A stretch of DNA of 64,000 nt. Source: an uncultured Actinomycetes bacterium (GTDB lineage Bacteria > Actinomycetota > Acidimicrobiia > Spongiisociales > DATADW01). The first letter of the stretch is position 1, and each line of letters opens with the position of its first letter. Positions 36,634 through 48,592 of this stretch are shown piece by piece. The stretch lies in the NCBI GenBank assembly GCA_963733905.1, contig CAVTEU010000007.1:277840-341839 (forward strand), read 5' to 3'. Below the pieces are notes generated by a model. The model did no database searches, had not been told where the DNA came from, and worked only from the letters and a program-made list of their open reading frames with translations. The translations under genes and the position numbers were made by a program.

Positions 36634-38574
36634 GTGCGACGTCAGGTGGTAGCGGTCGTCCTCTTTGCCGTTGTGGCTGCGCTGTTGGCGCCAGCCGCCA
36701 ACGCCGCGCCGCAACGCCAGTCTCAGCTGGCTCCGGCGCCGGCTTCGGTTCCGACCAAACCGTGCCCCGACGTCCCCGGGGCGCGCTGCGGGTTCTTAAC
36801 CGTGGCAATGGATCCAGCGGACCCATCGGCCGGGACGATCGACATCGGGTTCGAGATCCATCCGGCGCGCCTGGGCCGAACTCTGGGAACCATCGTCGCC
36901 ATCGAGGGCGGCCCCGGATATGCCACCACCGACAGCCGCGATTGGTACCTCGATCTGTTCGATCCGCTGCTCGACCATCGCGACCTGCTCCTAATCGACA
37001 ACAGGGGCACAGGACGGTCCGAAGCGATCGACTGCCCAGAGCTCCAGTCGTACCAAGGCGACTACGTGGCCAACGTCGGGCTCTGCGGCGCCCAGCTCGG
37101 CGCCACCTCTGACCTGTACGGCACAGCCTTCGCCGTCGACGACATGGCCCGGGTGCTCGACGCCCTCGGCATCGATGCCGTCGACATGTACGGCGACTCC
37201 TATGGCAGCTTCATGGCTCAGGCTTTCGCCGTGCGCCACCCCGATCGAGTGCGCACCTTGGTGCTGGACGGCACCTACCCGGTCGAGGACCAGGACCCCT
37301 GGTACCGCGACCTCAACGCGGCGTTGCGCGACGCGTTCCGGGTCGTTTGCCAGCGTGATCCGGGGTGCGACGCACTGGGTGGTGACCCGGTCGAACGGAT
37401 CGCACGGCTGGCCGATGCCCTGCGTGCCGAGCCGCTCACCGGCACGGCATATGACGCCGACGGGGTACGGCGCCGGGTGACGGTGGACGCCCCGATGCTT
37501 GGCTACCTGACCGGCGTGGCCGCCTATGGGCACGCCGTGTACCGCGAGCTCGACGCCGCAGCCCGCGCCTACCTCCGGGACGACCCGGACCCGGCGCCAC
37601 TGCTCCGCATCGCCGCAGAGCAGATCTACTGGGGCGATGGCGGGCCGGTCGAGGAGTACTCGGAAGGCCTCTACGTGGCGGCGATATGCAACGACTACCC
37701 CCAATTGTGGGACATCGAGTCGCCCATCCCCCAGCGGCCCGCGCAGTACGAGTCTGCTCTCGCCGAACTGAAGGCCACGCAACCGGCCGCCTTTTACCCG
37801 TACACCATTGATGACTGGGTGGCCTCACCCTGGGCGGAGTACACCTCCTGCATCCGGTGGCCGGTTCCGAGCAATCACGTGCCGCCGGTCGAGGCCGCCA
37901 CGCCATACCCCGACGTCCCCACTCTGGTCATCGCGGGTGAGCTCGACTCGCTCACCTCCCCCGCCGGGGCGGAGATCGTTGCCGGGCGGTTCCCCAACTC
38001 GACCTATGTCGAGGTGGCGAATGGTGTCCACATCATGGCGCTGGCTGACTTCTCGCGGTGCGCATCCGACCTGACGGTCCGTTTCGTCAGCACCGGTGGT
38101 GATCCGGGCGACACCTCGTGCGCCGGCCGCTACCAGGAGGTGCGGGTGGTGGAGGAGTTTCCCGAGTCCCTGACCGAGGTGGACCCGGCGCCACAGGGCG
38201 ACCGGGTCAAGTCCCCGGCGGCCGACCGCCGGGTGGTGGCTGCCGCCGCCAACACGGTGGCCGATATCTTCCCCCGCTGGTTCAATGCCGTCGGTTTCGA
38301 CGGTGTCGGGCTTAGGGGAGGCAGCTTCACCTCGCGTGGGTCCGAATTCGTCCAGTTCCGGCTCCACAGGCTCGCCTGGGTGCCGCAGGTGCGGGTGAGC
38401 GGGACCGTCAGCTGGGATCGTATAAGCGGCGCCATCGTCGCCCGGATCCGAGTGCAGGGTCCCGCTCCCGGCCAGCTCGTGCTCCGGTGGAACGACTACC
38501 GGCAGTTGGCCGACCTCAGGGCGACCGGGACGGTCGGCAGCCGTCCCGTCGACCTGGTGATGTCTGCTCCCTGA
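36634..38574 (+). CDS. secreted alpha/beta hydrolase (tripeptidyl aminopeptidase / TAP-like, S33)
   Basis: The signal peptide is VVAVVLFAVVAALLAPAANA. GGPGY, LLLIDNRGTGRS, nucleophile elbow YGDSYGS, and the TAP-like C-terminal part (LVIAGELDSLT, NGVHI) are present. Intact, 646 aa. Confidence 0.8.
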   Translation: MRRQVVAVVLFAVVAALLAPAANAAPQRQSQLAPAPASVPTKPCPDVPGARCGFLTVAMDPADPSAGTIDIGFEIHPARLGRTLGTIVAIEGGPGYATTDSRDWYLDLFDPLLDHRDLLLIDNRGTGRSEAIDCPELQSYQGDYVANVGLCGAQLGATSDLYGTAFAVDDMARVLDALGIDAVDMYGDSYGSFMAQAFAVRHPDRVRTLVLDGTYPVEDQDPWYRDLNAALRDAFRVVCQRDPGCDALGGDPVERIARLADALRAEPLTGTAYDADGVRRRVTVDAPMLGYLTGVAAYGHAVYRELDAAARAYLRDDPDPAPLLRIAAEQIYWGDGGPVEEYSEGLYVAAICNDYPQLWDIESPIPQRPAQYESALAELKATQPAAFYPYTIDDWVASPWAEYTSCIRWPVPSNHVPPVEAATPYPDVPTLVIAGELDSLTSPAGAEIVAGRFPNSTYVEVANGVHIMALADFSRCASDLTVRFVSTGGDPGDTSCAGRYQEVRVVEEFPESLTEVDPAPQGDRVKSPAADRRVVAAAANTVADIFPRWFNAVGFDGVGLRGGSFTSRGSEFVQFRLHRLAWVPQVRVSGTVSWDRISGAIVARIRVQGPAPGQLVLRWNDYRQLADLRATGTVGSRPVDLVMSAP

Positions 38575-38577
38575 CCT

Positions 38578-39385
38578 TCAGCGCCGAACCAGCCGGGCGA
38601 CCGCCAGACGAGCCGACCACCAACGCCGCGCCCATGGCGCCAAGCAACCAGATCGGGACCGCGGTGCCCGCCGCTCCCCCGGTGCCGGTTGGGATGCCCT
38701 CGGGCGGGGTCTGCAGCCCGGCGACCTGCTGGACGGCGACGTCAAAGCTGCCGCCCTCGACCGACCCGATGCCATAGATGAGGAATGCCGACCCCTCGGA
38801 GAGATCGACCTCGGTCTGGAAAAGGTCTCCTCCGCCCTCGGCCGAAGGGACCAGGGAAAGCGTGATCGCGCCCGCCTCCACCTCGGCGGTCGCCTCATCC
38901 CCATTGGCCACCTCGAGCGCCACCGGCTCGCCGTTGACCAGGAGATCGACGGCAGGCGCCTGTGCCTGGTGCCTGAGGACGACCCGCGCCTCGCCGGCCC
39001 CAACCGGGTCGGCGTTGTTGACGTAGACGGCGAGCGTCGGGTCCCCCGAGTTGGTCAGACCCGCCACCACGGTGGCGTCCGCTCCGTCAGCGAGATCCAT
39101 TTCGGCGGCCAGAGCCGGCTCCTCGGTTTCGGGGTCGGCGCCCTCGGGGTAGATGGCAACGTCGTGGGGGCCGGATGCCACCGTGGTCGCCTCGGTGACG
39201 GTGCCAAAAGTCATCTCCTCGACCACGAGTTCGCCGTCGAGGTAGATGTCCGCCGGGAACCCACCCTCGCCCGGAATGGCATGGATGATGGTCAGCTTGC
39301 TCTCGGCCTGGGCGGCGAGCGCCGCACCGGCTCCCAGAGCGGTGATCACGACGGCGAGAATCCCCACGGTTGCCAGTCTTTTCAT
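38578..39385 (-). pseudogene. DUF4397-like secreted protein with C-terminal anchor; 1 frameshift in the last ~15 codons
   Basis: The signal peptide is MKRLATVGILAVVITALGAGAALA. The body is repeated beta-rich units (LTIIHAIPG..ADIYLDGELV; VVLRHQAQAPAVDLLVNGEPV). The tail is GIPTGTGGAAG plus a hydrophobic stretch, and ends in LVRR in another frame. Confidence 0.65.
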
Positions 39386-39402
39386 CGATCCCATCCTTTC
39401 GT

Positions 39403-40067
39403 TCATTGCCCCGAAACGACGAGGCTCGTGATCGAGCCATCGGCGTCGTATTCGAGCCCTTCCGCCAGCACATCGATGACCGTGAAGGACACCCAGGCGC
39501 CTTCGATGCCTTCCAACCGGAACTCGGCGCGCCCATCTGACTCCGGATGGCTCCGAGACCGCTACCGGAATCGTCCCCGACCAGACTGCGGTGACGGTGG
39601 CGCCGGGCACAGGCTTGCCGCCCGGTCCGGCTACCACCACCGTCACCGCCGCATCCCACTCCCCGTCCCCGGGGATCGGATTGCCCTCGAGCGTGACCGT
39701 CACCCCCGATGCCACCACGGTCGTGGTGACTCCGTCGGTCGTGCTCACCAAGCCGCTTGTGGGAGTTGCCGTCGTCGTCGGTTGGGTCGCCGATGTCGTC
39801 GGTGGGGCCGCCGATGTGGCGGTTCGCGCTGCCGCGATCTGAGGTTCGGCCTCGGGTCGTGGAAGTCGCCTCCGGCGCCGGTTGCGACGGTGCGGTCGGA
39901 CGGCGAGCGGTTCCCGGTGTCGACCCGATCACCGTCTCAACCCTCGGCATCTCGCCGGTCACAACCACCTCTCCCAAGACGATTCCCGTCACCGCCGCGG
40001 CCAGTCCGGCGACCACGAGCAACAGCGCCTCCCCGGAGCGTCTCGCTACCTTCCTGGCACGCATCAA
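39403..40067 (-). pseudogene. membrane-anchored protein with Thr/Pro-rich linker and Ig-like beta domain, several frameshifts
   Basis: MMRARKVARRSGEALLLVVAGLAAAVTGIVLG is a TM anchor. GVTVTLEGNPIPGDGEWDAAVTVVVAGPGGKPVPGATVTAVWSG follows. EFRLEGIEGAWVSFTVIDVLAEGLEYDADGSITSLVVSGQ-stop is in different frames. Confidence 0.4.
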
Positions 40068-40192
40068 CTACCCCGCAGACGAATGGCTCCACCACATGAG
40101 CGGCCCTCTCAATTGCCCTCCCGCGCCGCTTGTCCACCATGGTTCGGAGCGAAGGCTCGCCCGGTTTGGTGGGATCTGCCACGATCCGGGCG

Positions 40193-40643
40193 ATGGCGCG
40201 CCACTACCGGGCACCCGGTTGGTTCACCACCCGGGTCTTCAATCCGCTGGTGTCTTGGTTCACCTACCGAGGCGTGAGCTTCATGGGATCGCGCGTCCTG
40301 GCTGTGCAGGGGCCGGAGCAGCGGCGAATGGCGCACCAACCCGGTCAACCTCCTCGAGTACCAGGGTCGGCGCTACCTGGTGTCGCCCAGGGGCGAGGGG
40401 CAATGGGTGCGGAACCTTCGCGTGGCCGGCGGTGGCGAGTTGCGGCTCGGCTCAAAGGCGGAGCCCTTCAGCGCCGCAGAGATCGCCGATGACGCCAAGG
40501 TCCCGATACTGCGCGCCTACCTGGAACGGTGGAAGATCGAGGTCGGCGCCTTCTTCGAAGGAGTGGGACCCGATTCCAGCGACGACGAGATCGGCGCCAT
40601 CGCCCACCGCCACCCGGTTTTCGAGGTGCTGCCGGCTGCTTGA
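40193..40643 (+). pseudogene. deazaflavin (F420)-dependent nitroreductase/quinone reductase family (Ddn-like), 1 frameshift near 40305
   Basis: MARHYRAPGWFTTRVFNPLVSWF...GSRVLAVQG is in one frame. RSSGEWRTNPVNLLEYQGRRYLVSPRGEGQWVRNLRVAGGGEL...ILRAYLERW is in a second frame. Confidence 0.75.
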
Positions 40644-40653
40644 GCGACAGCGG

Positions 40654-41004
40654 CTATTCCCCGGCGGTCGTCTCCTCCAACAGCCCGGCGCGTTGCAAGA
40701 CCTCGTCGGGAACGCCGACGAGCTGCCACGCCTCGGGGCTTATCCCCTTTCGGCGCGAGTAGTCGAGCGCCACCGCGACGAAATCGGCCTCGAGGCTCCG
40801 GTCGCGGGCCACCACACGATCGCGCGCCGCCCACATCGCCTCCTCGACAGATTCCCGTTCCTCGATCAACGATGCCCGCTCCGCCTCGTCGCGGGAATCC
40901 GAGATGAGGCGTCGCAGCGAGGCGAGGCGGTAGGCCATGGCGGCCCGCTCCGGGTCGAGCACCTCGGCGCGCTCCAGCCGCTCCAGATACCGGCGCACCG
41001 CCAT
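40654..41004 (-). CDS. hypothetical helical protein (116 aa)
   Basis: Intact ORF with coding-like composition. No family was recognised. Confidence 0.4.
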   Translation of the reverse strand: MAVRRYLERLERAEVLDPERAAMAYRLASLRRLISDSRDEAERASLIEERESVEEAMWAARDRVVARDRSLEADFVAVALDYSRRKGISPEAWQLVGVPDEVLQRAGLLEETTAGE

Positions 41005-41167
41005 GGCGTCCCGGCGGCTGACCCTGGATCCGGGCGCCGTCGCCGGTGTACGAAGCGGTCTTCGGTCACAGTGCCGACCGTATCACCCCAAACCACCCGG
41101 CAGGGAGAATCGATGGTCGCCATCGCCCGGGTTGCGCGGTGCGGGCCATCGTCGGCACACTCCCCCG

Positions 41168-42619
41168 GTGACTCCCTTCCTCGCCGGTCTCCTGGTCTTT
41201 GGCACATCGGCCGTGGTGCTGGTCATGGAGATTCTCGCCGGCCGGCTGCTCGCCCCATACGTGGGGGTCACCCTCGAGACGTTCACCGCGATCATCGGCA
41301 CCGTTCTCGCCGGGATCGCCCTCGGGACGTGGCTGGGCGGGCGACTCTCCGACCGGGTCGAGCCTCGGCGGCTGCTCGGGCCCGAACTGGCGCTTGGTGG
41401 CGTGGCGGCGGCGCTGGCAGCGCCGATGGCCCGGCTCCTCGGCCCGACAGCGGTCAGCGCCAACCCACCGACGCTGGTGCTTCTGGTGCTGGTGACCGTG
41501 TTCGTCCCCGCCGCCCTCCTCAGTGCGGTTCCACCTACGGTGGTCAAGGCGGTGCTCGCCGACCTGGACCAGACAGGGAGCGTCGTGGGCCGGTACTCGG
41601 CGCTGGGAACCGCCGGGGCCATCGCCGGCACGTTTCTCACCGGGTTCGTCCTGGTCCCGCTGTTCCCCACCCCGCAGATACTGATGGGGCTGGCGGTCTT
41701 GCTCGTTGTCAGCGGGCTGGCGCTGTGGTGGTGGCTGGCCCCCACCCGGTCTGCCTTTCTGATCATCCCGGCACTCCTCGCCGGTGTCTGGCTGGGAGGC
41801 GCCCTGGCCGACCCATGCGAGACCGAGACCTCCTATTACTGCCTGCGGGTCGAGCAGGATGTCGACAACCCGTCGGGCCGGACCTTGTGGCTCGACACCC
41901 TGCGACACGCCTACGTCGACCTCGATGACCCCACCGAACTCCGGTTCACCTATACCCGGATGCTGGCGGCGGTGGCCGACGCCACCAGCGAGGGACCGAT
42001 CGACGTGCTCCACATCGGTGGTGGTGGGTTCACCATGCCGCGCTGGTTGGAAGCGACCAGACCAGGGTCCAGCGGGGTGGTGCTCGAGCTCGACCCCGAG
42101 ATCGTCGCTGTCGCCGAGGAGCGACTGGGATGGGAGCCGTCCCCGGAGGTCGACGTGCTCGTCGGCGACGCCAGGCTCGGCATCAGGCGGGTGGGTCAAT
42201 CGAGCGCCGATCTTGCGATCGGAGATGCCTTTGGCGGCGTCGCGGTCCCCTGGCACCTCACCACCGGCGAGTTCGTCGGTCAGGTCGCCGCGGTCCTCCG
42301 GCCCAATGGCGTCTACGCGGCGAACATCATCGACGGTTCGGAGATGGCCTTCCTCCGCGCCGAGGCCGCCACCTTCGCAACTGTCTTCGAGCACGTGGCG
42401 GTGTTGTCACTCCCCGAGCGATTCGGCAGTGGGGGCAATTTCCTGGTGGTGGGGAGCGATGAACCCATCCCGGCCGACGAGATCATCGCCGCCGGCTCCC
42501 TTCACGACCTCGATCTGAGGGTGCTGACCGGCGACGAGCTCGTCGACTTCATCGCCGATGCGGAGGTCCTGACCGACGGCCACGCACCGGTCGACCAGTT
42601 GCTCACTCCGGGGAGATGA
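41168..42619 (+). CDS. fused membrane domain / spermidine synthase-like methyltransferase-fold protein
   Basis: About 7 TM segments (FGTSAVVLVMEILAGRLLAPYVG...). They are followed by VLHIGGGGFTMPRWL...VVLELDPEIV...VGDAR...DLAIGDAF...NGVYAANI. A GTG start near 41168 was chosen within the longer ORF. Confidence 0.7.
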   Translation: MTPFLAGLLVFGTSAVVLVMEILAGRLLAPYVGVTLETFTAIIGTVLAGIALGTWLGGRLSDRVEPRRLLGPELALGGVAAALAAPMARLLGPTAVSANPPTLVLLVLVTVFVPAALLSAVPPTVVKAVLADLDQTGSVVGRYSALGTAGAIAGTFLTGFVLVPLFPTPQILMGLAVLLVVSGLALWWWLAPTRSAFLIIPALLAGVWLGGALADPCETETSYYCLRVEQDVDNPSGRTLWLDTLRHAYVDLDDPTELRFTYTRMLAAVADATSEGPIDVLHIGGGGFTMPRWLEATRPGSSGVVLELDPEIVAVAEERLGWEPSPEVDVLVGDARLGIRRVGQSSADLAIGDAFGGVAVPWHLTTGEFVGQVAAVLRPNGVYAANIIDGSEMAFLRAEAATFATVFEHVAVLSLPERFGSGGNFLVVGSDEPIPADEIIAAGSLHDLDLRVLTGDELVDFIADAEVLTDGHAPVDQLLTPGR

Positions 42620-42626
42620 CCGCCGG

Positions 42627-43632
42627 TCAGACCCCGTCGCGTCTCCACGAGCAGAGCTGCTCGAGCGCAGGGCGATCGATCAGATCGGGCTCGGCCACCG
42701 CCACCCGGACCGGCGTCCTGGCCCGCATCGTCGCGGTCCGCATCCCCTCTTCCAGATAGGCCCGCTCCCCCACCACGGCGCCGGGGCCGACCTCGCCAAC
42801 GGTCTCGCCGTCCTTCTCCACCGACAGCATCCCGTCGAGTATGAGGAAGAGGGGGCCACCCTCCTCGCCCTGCTCGGTCAACAGATCGCCCGGGCGCAGT
42901 TGGCGCACCTCGGGACGGGCACCCTGCATGATCGTCGCCGACATCTGTCTCTCCAGCGCGCTCTCGACCTCGGCCACCAGCGCCGGGGAGTCCTCCTCTC
43001 CCCAGGGGCTGTGGGTGCCGAACTCGCCGCGGTACCAGTGCTCGACGTCGGTGAGGGCGCTCTTCGCCGCCAAGGGCCCCGTCGGGCCCGAACACCCAGT
43101 GGCGGGGAAACGAGCTGGCACCGACCAGTTCCACTTTCGCCGAGCCGGCAGCGTCGATTTCGAGAGCAAACGTGGTCCACACCGTCGGCGACACGACCTG
43201 GACAAAGGGAGGGTGCGACACCCGCCGCGGCGCCGGCATCCCGGCGCGCCCACCCGCCGTCTGGATGAACCTGGCCCGCTGCTCCGACCGCTCCACGGGC
43301 TGGCGCCGGTCGGGAAAGGCGACCGCAGCGACCCTCGTCTCCCAAGGCCCGACCCGTAGCGAGGAGCCACCCATCAGACCTTCGCTGTCCTGACCCCAGC
43401 CCGCATCCACCACCCGCCCGTCTTCGACCTCGACCCATCCCGACAACCGGTTGGCGAAGCGGAAGGTGTCGGCTTCAGCCAGCTGCTCCAGGTCGGCGAA
43501 GTCCAGATGGTCGGGGGGCGGCTGGTCGTAATGGGTGACGCCGGATTCGAACACACCTCGCAACAGAGGCATGCCGGTGATCGCCTCGGTGGGGATCCAG
43601 CTCACGGTGGCTGCAGTCGCCTGGTGTTTCAT
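42627..43632 (-). pseudogene. protein with uncharacterised N-terminal domain and C-terminal cyclic-nucleotide-binding domain, 1 frameshift near 43080
   Basis: The N-terminus is MKHQATAATVSWIPTEAITGMPLLRGVFESGVTHYDQPPPDHLDFADL... The C-terminus is RPGDLLTEQGEEGGPLFLILDGMLSVEKDGETVGEVGPGAVVGERAYL, which is a cNMP-binding fold pattern. The start overlaps the phoU stop as ATGA. Confidence 0.6.
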
Positions 43633-44297
43633 GGGATACCGCTCGGATAGATGTCTCGTTCGCCGGTGACCAGTAGGCGCGTTTCCTCGGCGATGTCCAC
43701 CGCCTGATCGGCCACCCTTTCCAATGCCCGCGCCGCCATGATCATCCGCGTCGCCCATTCCAGCACGGAGCGGTCCGGCCCGATCGCCACGGCGGCATCA
43801 ATCGCATCTTTGTAGAAGTCGTCAACCTCGGCGTCGAGCAGCTTGAGTTCCTCGACCGCCGAATCGTCTCTCGCCGCGAATCCCGCCAGCGAGCGGTCGG
43901 TGATGGGGAGCACCGCTTCGCCCATGGCACGGAGCAGCCCCGCCAGCCGAGGGTCGTCGGGGAGCCCGTCGGTGGCGATCACCATCTTGGCGATGTTCGA
44001 CGCCTGGTCGCCCATACGCTCCAGCACGACGAGCAGATGGAGAAGCGAGGCGAGCAGCCGAAGATCGGAGCCCATGGGGCCCTGGGTTGCGGTGAGCACC
44101 ATCCACTGCCCGTGGAGGTCGAAGTACAACTCGTCGATGACGCGATCGCCCTCCACAACCCGCTCGGCCCGGGTCCGGTCCCGTTGGTCGAGGGCGGCAA
44201 CGGCCTCGGCGACCTGGGCCCGCACCTGCTTGCCCATATCGAGCGTGTCCGCTTCGAGCTTCTCCAGACTGGCGTGGAAGCGCCGGTTTGTGGTCAT
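43629..44297 (-). CDS. phoU: PhoU-family phosphate signalling regulator
   Basis: Two PhoU repeats are seen: D..IDELY...L....QGPMGSDLRLLASLLHLLVVLERMGDQASNIA, and the second repeat ERVADQAVDIAE. The start was taken at MTTNRRF. Confidence 0.85.
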   Translation of the reverse strand: MTTNRRFHASLEKLEADTLDMGKQVRAQVAEAVAALDQRDRTRAERVVEGDRVIDELYFDLHGQWMVLTATQGPMGSDLRLLASLLHLLVVLERMGDQASNIAKMVIATDGLPDDPRLAGLLRAMGEAVLPITDRSLAGFAARDDSAVEELKLLDAEVDDFYKDAIDAAVAIGPDRSVLEWATRMIMAARALERVADQAVDIAEETRLLVTGERDIYPSGIP

Positions 44298-44382
44298 CGT
44301 GGGTGGTGACTGTATGCGCCCGTTTCCGATTCGGCGGAGCAGTCCGAGGTGGTCGTTACCCTGTCGGCCCCATCGGGGAGGG

Positions 44383-46500
<2,118 letters not shown>

Positions 46501-46550
46501 CAGTCGGCGTTCTGGCGCTCCCCCTACCCCCTCCGGGGCGACTTGGATGG

Positions 46551-46578
46551 GCCGTCTGCCGTCCGCCGTCCGCCGTCC
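46551..46578 (+). repeat. tandem heptamer repeat (GCCGTCY)x4, second copy
   Basis: GCCGTCT GCCGTCC GCCGTCC GCCGTCC lies between the convergent glgX and dehydrogenase genes. It matches the array at 9623-9650 on the opposite strand. Confidence 0.8.
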
Positions 46579-46585
46579 TTGCAGG

Positions 46586-47617
46586 TCACCCGAGGCGGTC
46601 GGTGTGCTCGGTCCTCTCCTCGCCGTAGATCTCGGGGTTGACCAGGTTGGGTGGTCTTCTCCCCTCGATCATGGCGCGCAGGTTGTCGACCACCGCCAGG
46701 CTCATCGCCTCGCGCGCCTCCACCGTGGCGCTGCCGATGTGAGGGGTGAGGATCACATTGGGGAAACGGAACAGCTCGGGGCTCGGGGCGGGCTCCCCCA
46801 CCGGTGGCTCCTGCCAGTAGACGTCCAGTCCGGCTCCGGCGATCTCACCGGCTTCGAGCGCCGCGATCAGCGCCTGCTCGTCCACGATGCGGCCCCGTGC
46901 CGTGTTGACGAAGAAGGCCGACCTCTTCATCAGGCCGAACTGGCGGGCGCCGAACATCAGGTGGGTCGTCGGGTTGTAGGTGGCCATCACCGACACCACG
47001 TCCGACCTGACGAGCAGGTCATCGAGTTCAGGAACCCACTCGACTCCCAGTTCCTGCTCGCTCGACTCGGGCAACCGGTTGCGCTTGGTGTAGATGATTT
47101 CCATCTCGAAGCCGCGCATCCGGCGGACGATCTCGGTCCCGATCGCCCCGAGACCGACCATCCCCAGCACCTTGCCGGTCAGCCCCTGGGGTGAGGAATG
47201 AGACCGACTGCTCCTGGTGGAACCGGCCGGACCGGACGAATTCGTCGGCCTCGACCAGCCGCCAAGCGAGCCCGATGATGAGGGCGCAGGTGAGATCGCA
47301 GGTTGCCTTGGTGATCACGTGCGGGACCACGGTCACCGGAAGCCCGCGTTTCGTCGCTGCTTCCACATCCACCACGTTGGGGAAGAGCGCCATGGTGGCG
47401 ATGCCCTTGAGCCCGAGGTGACGCCGCCATCACCTCTTCGTCTATCGGGTGTATCGCCCAGCATCCAGATGTAGTCGGCATCCTCGACCCCGGCGAGCAG
47501 ATCGGGCTTGCTGATCATCCGATCGCTTTCGTGCACCTCGACGTCGGCGATCTCCTCCAGAGCGCTCCGTCCGACATCCATCACCGGTTGCACCACGAAG
47601 ACCTTTGGTCTGGCCAC
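46586..47617 (-). pseudogene. D-isomer-specific 2-hydroxyacid dehydrogenase (glyoxylate/hydroxypyruvate reductase-like), >=2 frameshifts
   Basis: ARPKVFVVQPV is near the N-terminus. The NAD site is [31 protein letters not shown]...AGLDVY..EP and LTPHIGSAT are present. The N-terminal third is split over 3 frames. Confidence 0.8.
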
Positions 47618-47618
47618 C

Positions 47619-48581
47619 TCAGGCTCCGAACACCCATGCTGCAGTGCCCCGGAGCAGCGCATGGCGCTCCTCCTCGCTCAGCTCTTCCATCCGCTCCAGC
47701 CGGCCGACCGGGTCGTCAAACGTCATTGGGGCCGGCCAATCGGTGCCGAAGATCACCCGGTCGGCGCCGACCACATCGATCAGGAACCGCAGGTTGCGCG
47801 GCGTGTAGACCACGGTGTCATAGAGGAAGCGCCTCACGTACGAGCTGGGGCGGTCCTGGGTGGCGCCACGTTCTCCGGGCCAGACATCCCATCCCTTGTC
47901 GAGCCGGTCGAGGGCATATGGCACATAGCCGCCGCCGTGGCACAGGCAGATGGTGAGGCGCGGGTAACGGTCGAGCACTCCCCCGTAGATGAACGAGGCA
48001 AACGTGATGGTCCGGTCGACCAGGTTCCCGATCGAGTTGAGCAGGAAGTACTTGGTCGTCCGGTAGGCGACGACCGTCGGCTGGTACTGGTGCACGAGGA
48101 GGAAGACGCCGAGCTCCTCGGCCGCTTCCCACACCGGATCGAAGATCGGGTCGTCGTAGGTGAGACCGTTGACGTGGTCGTCGACCATGAACCCGGTGAG
48201 CCCGAGCTCGACCATCCCACGGGTCATCTCGGCAACCGCCCGCTTCGGGTCCTGCATCGGGAGGGTGCCGAGACCCATGAACCGCCGGGGGTGATCGCGC
48301 ACCATCCCGGCGATCTCCTCGTTCGCCTCCCTGGCGATCTGCTCGGTGACCTCGGGCTCCTGGTGGTACTGGTAGAAGACATCCGTAGGCGAGACGAGCT
48401 GGACATCGATCCGCATCTCATCCATGGCCTCGATGCGCCTGGCCACATCCCAGAGGTTGCGCTCGTTGCCGAGCTCGCCGTCGGCGCTCGTCATCCCGTG
48501 CCAGTCGGTGCCATCGACGAGCACCGCCTTCTGGAACCGCTGCAGCGTGCAATGGCAGTGGACGTCGATGATCCGACTCAT
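47619..48581 (-). CDS. amidohydrolase-2 family protein (ACMSD-like metal-dependent decarboxylase/hydrolase)
   Basis: MSRIIDVHCHC..., then HGGG, then FGTDWP. Intact, 320 aa. Confidence 0.8.
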   Translation of the reverse strand: MSRIIDVHCHCTLQRFQKAVLVDGTDWHGMTSADGELGNERNLWDVARRIEAMDEMRIDVQLVSPTDVFYQYHQEPEVTEQIAREANEEIAGMVRDHPRRFMGLGTLPMQDPKRAVAEMTRGMVELGLTGFMVDDHVNGLTYDDPIFDPVWEAAEELGVFLLVHQYQPTVVAYRTTKYFLLNSIGNLVDRTITFASFIYGGVLDRYPRLTICLCHGGGYVPYALDRLDKGWDVWPGERGATQDRPSSYVRRFLYDTVVYTPRNLRFLIDVVGADRVIFGTDWPAPMTFDDPVGRLERMEELSEEERHALLRGTAAWVFGA

Positions 48582-48592
48582 CGAGGCTCCCC

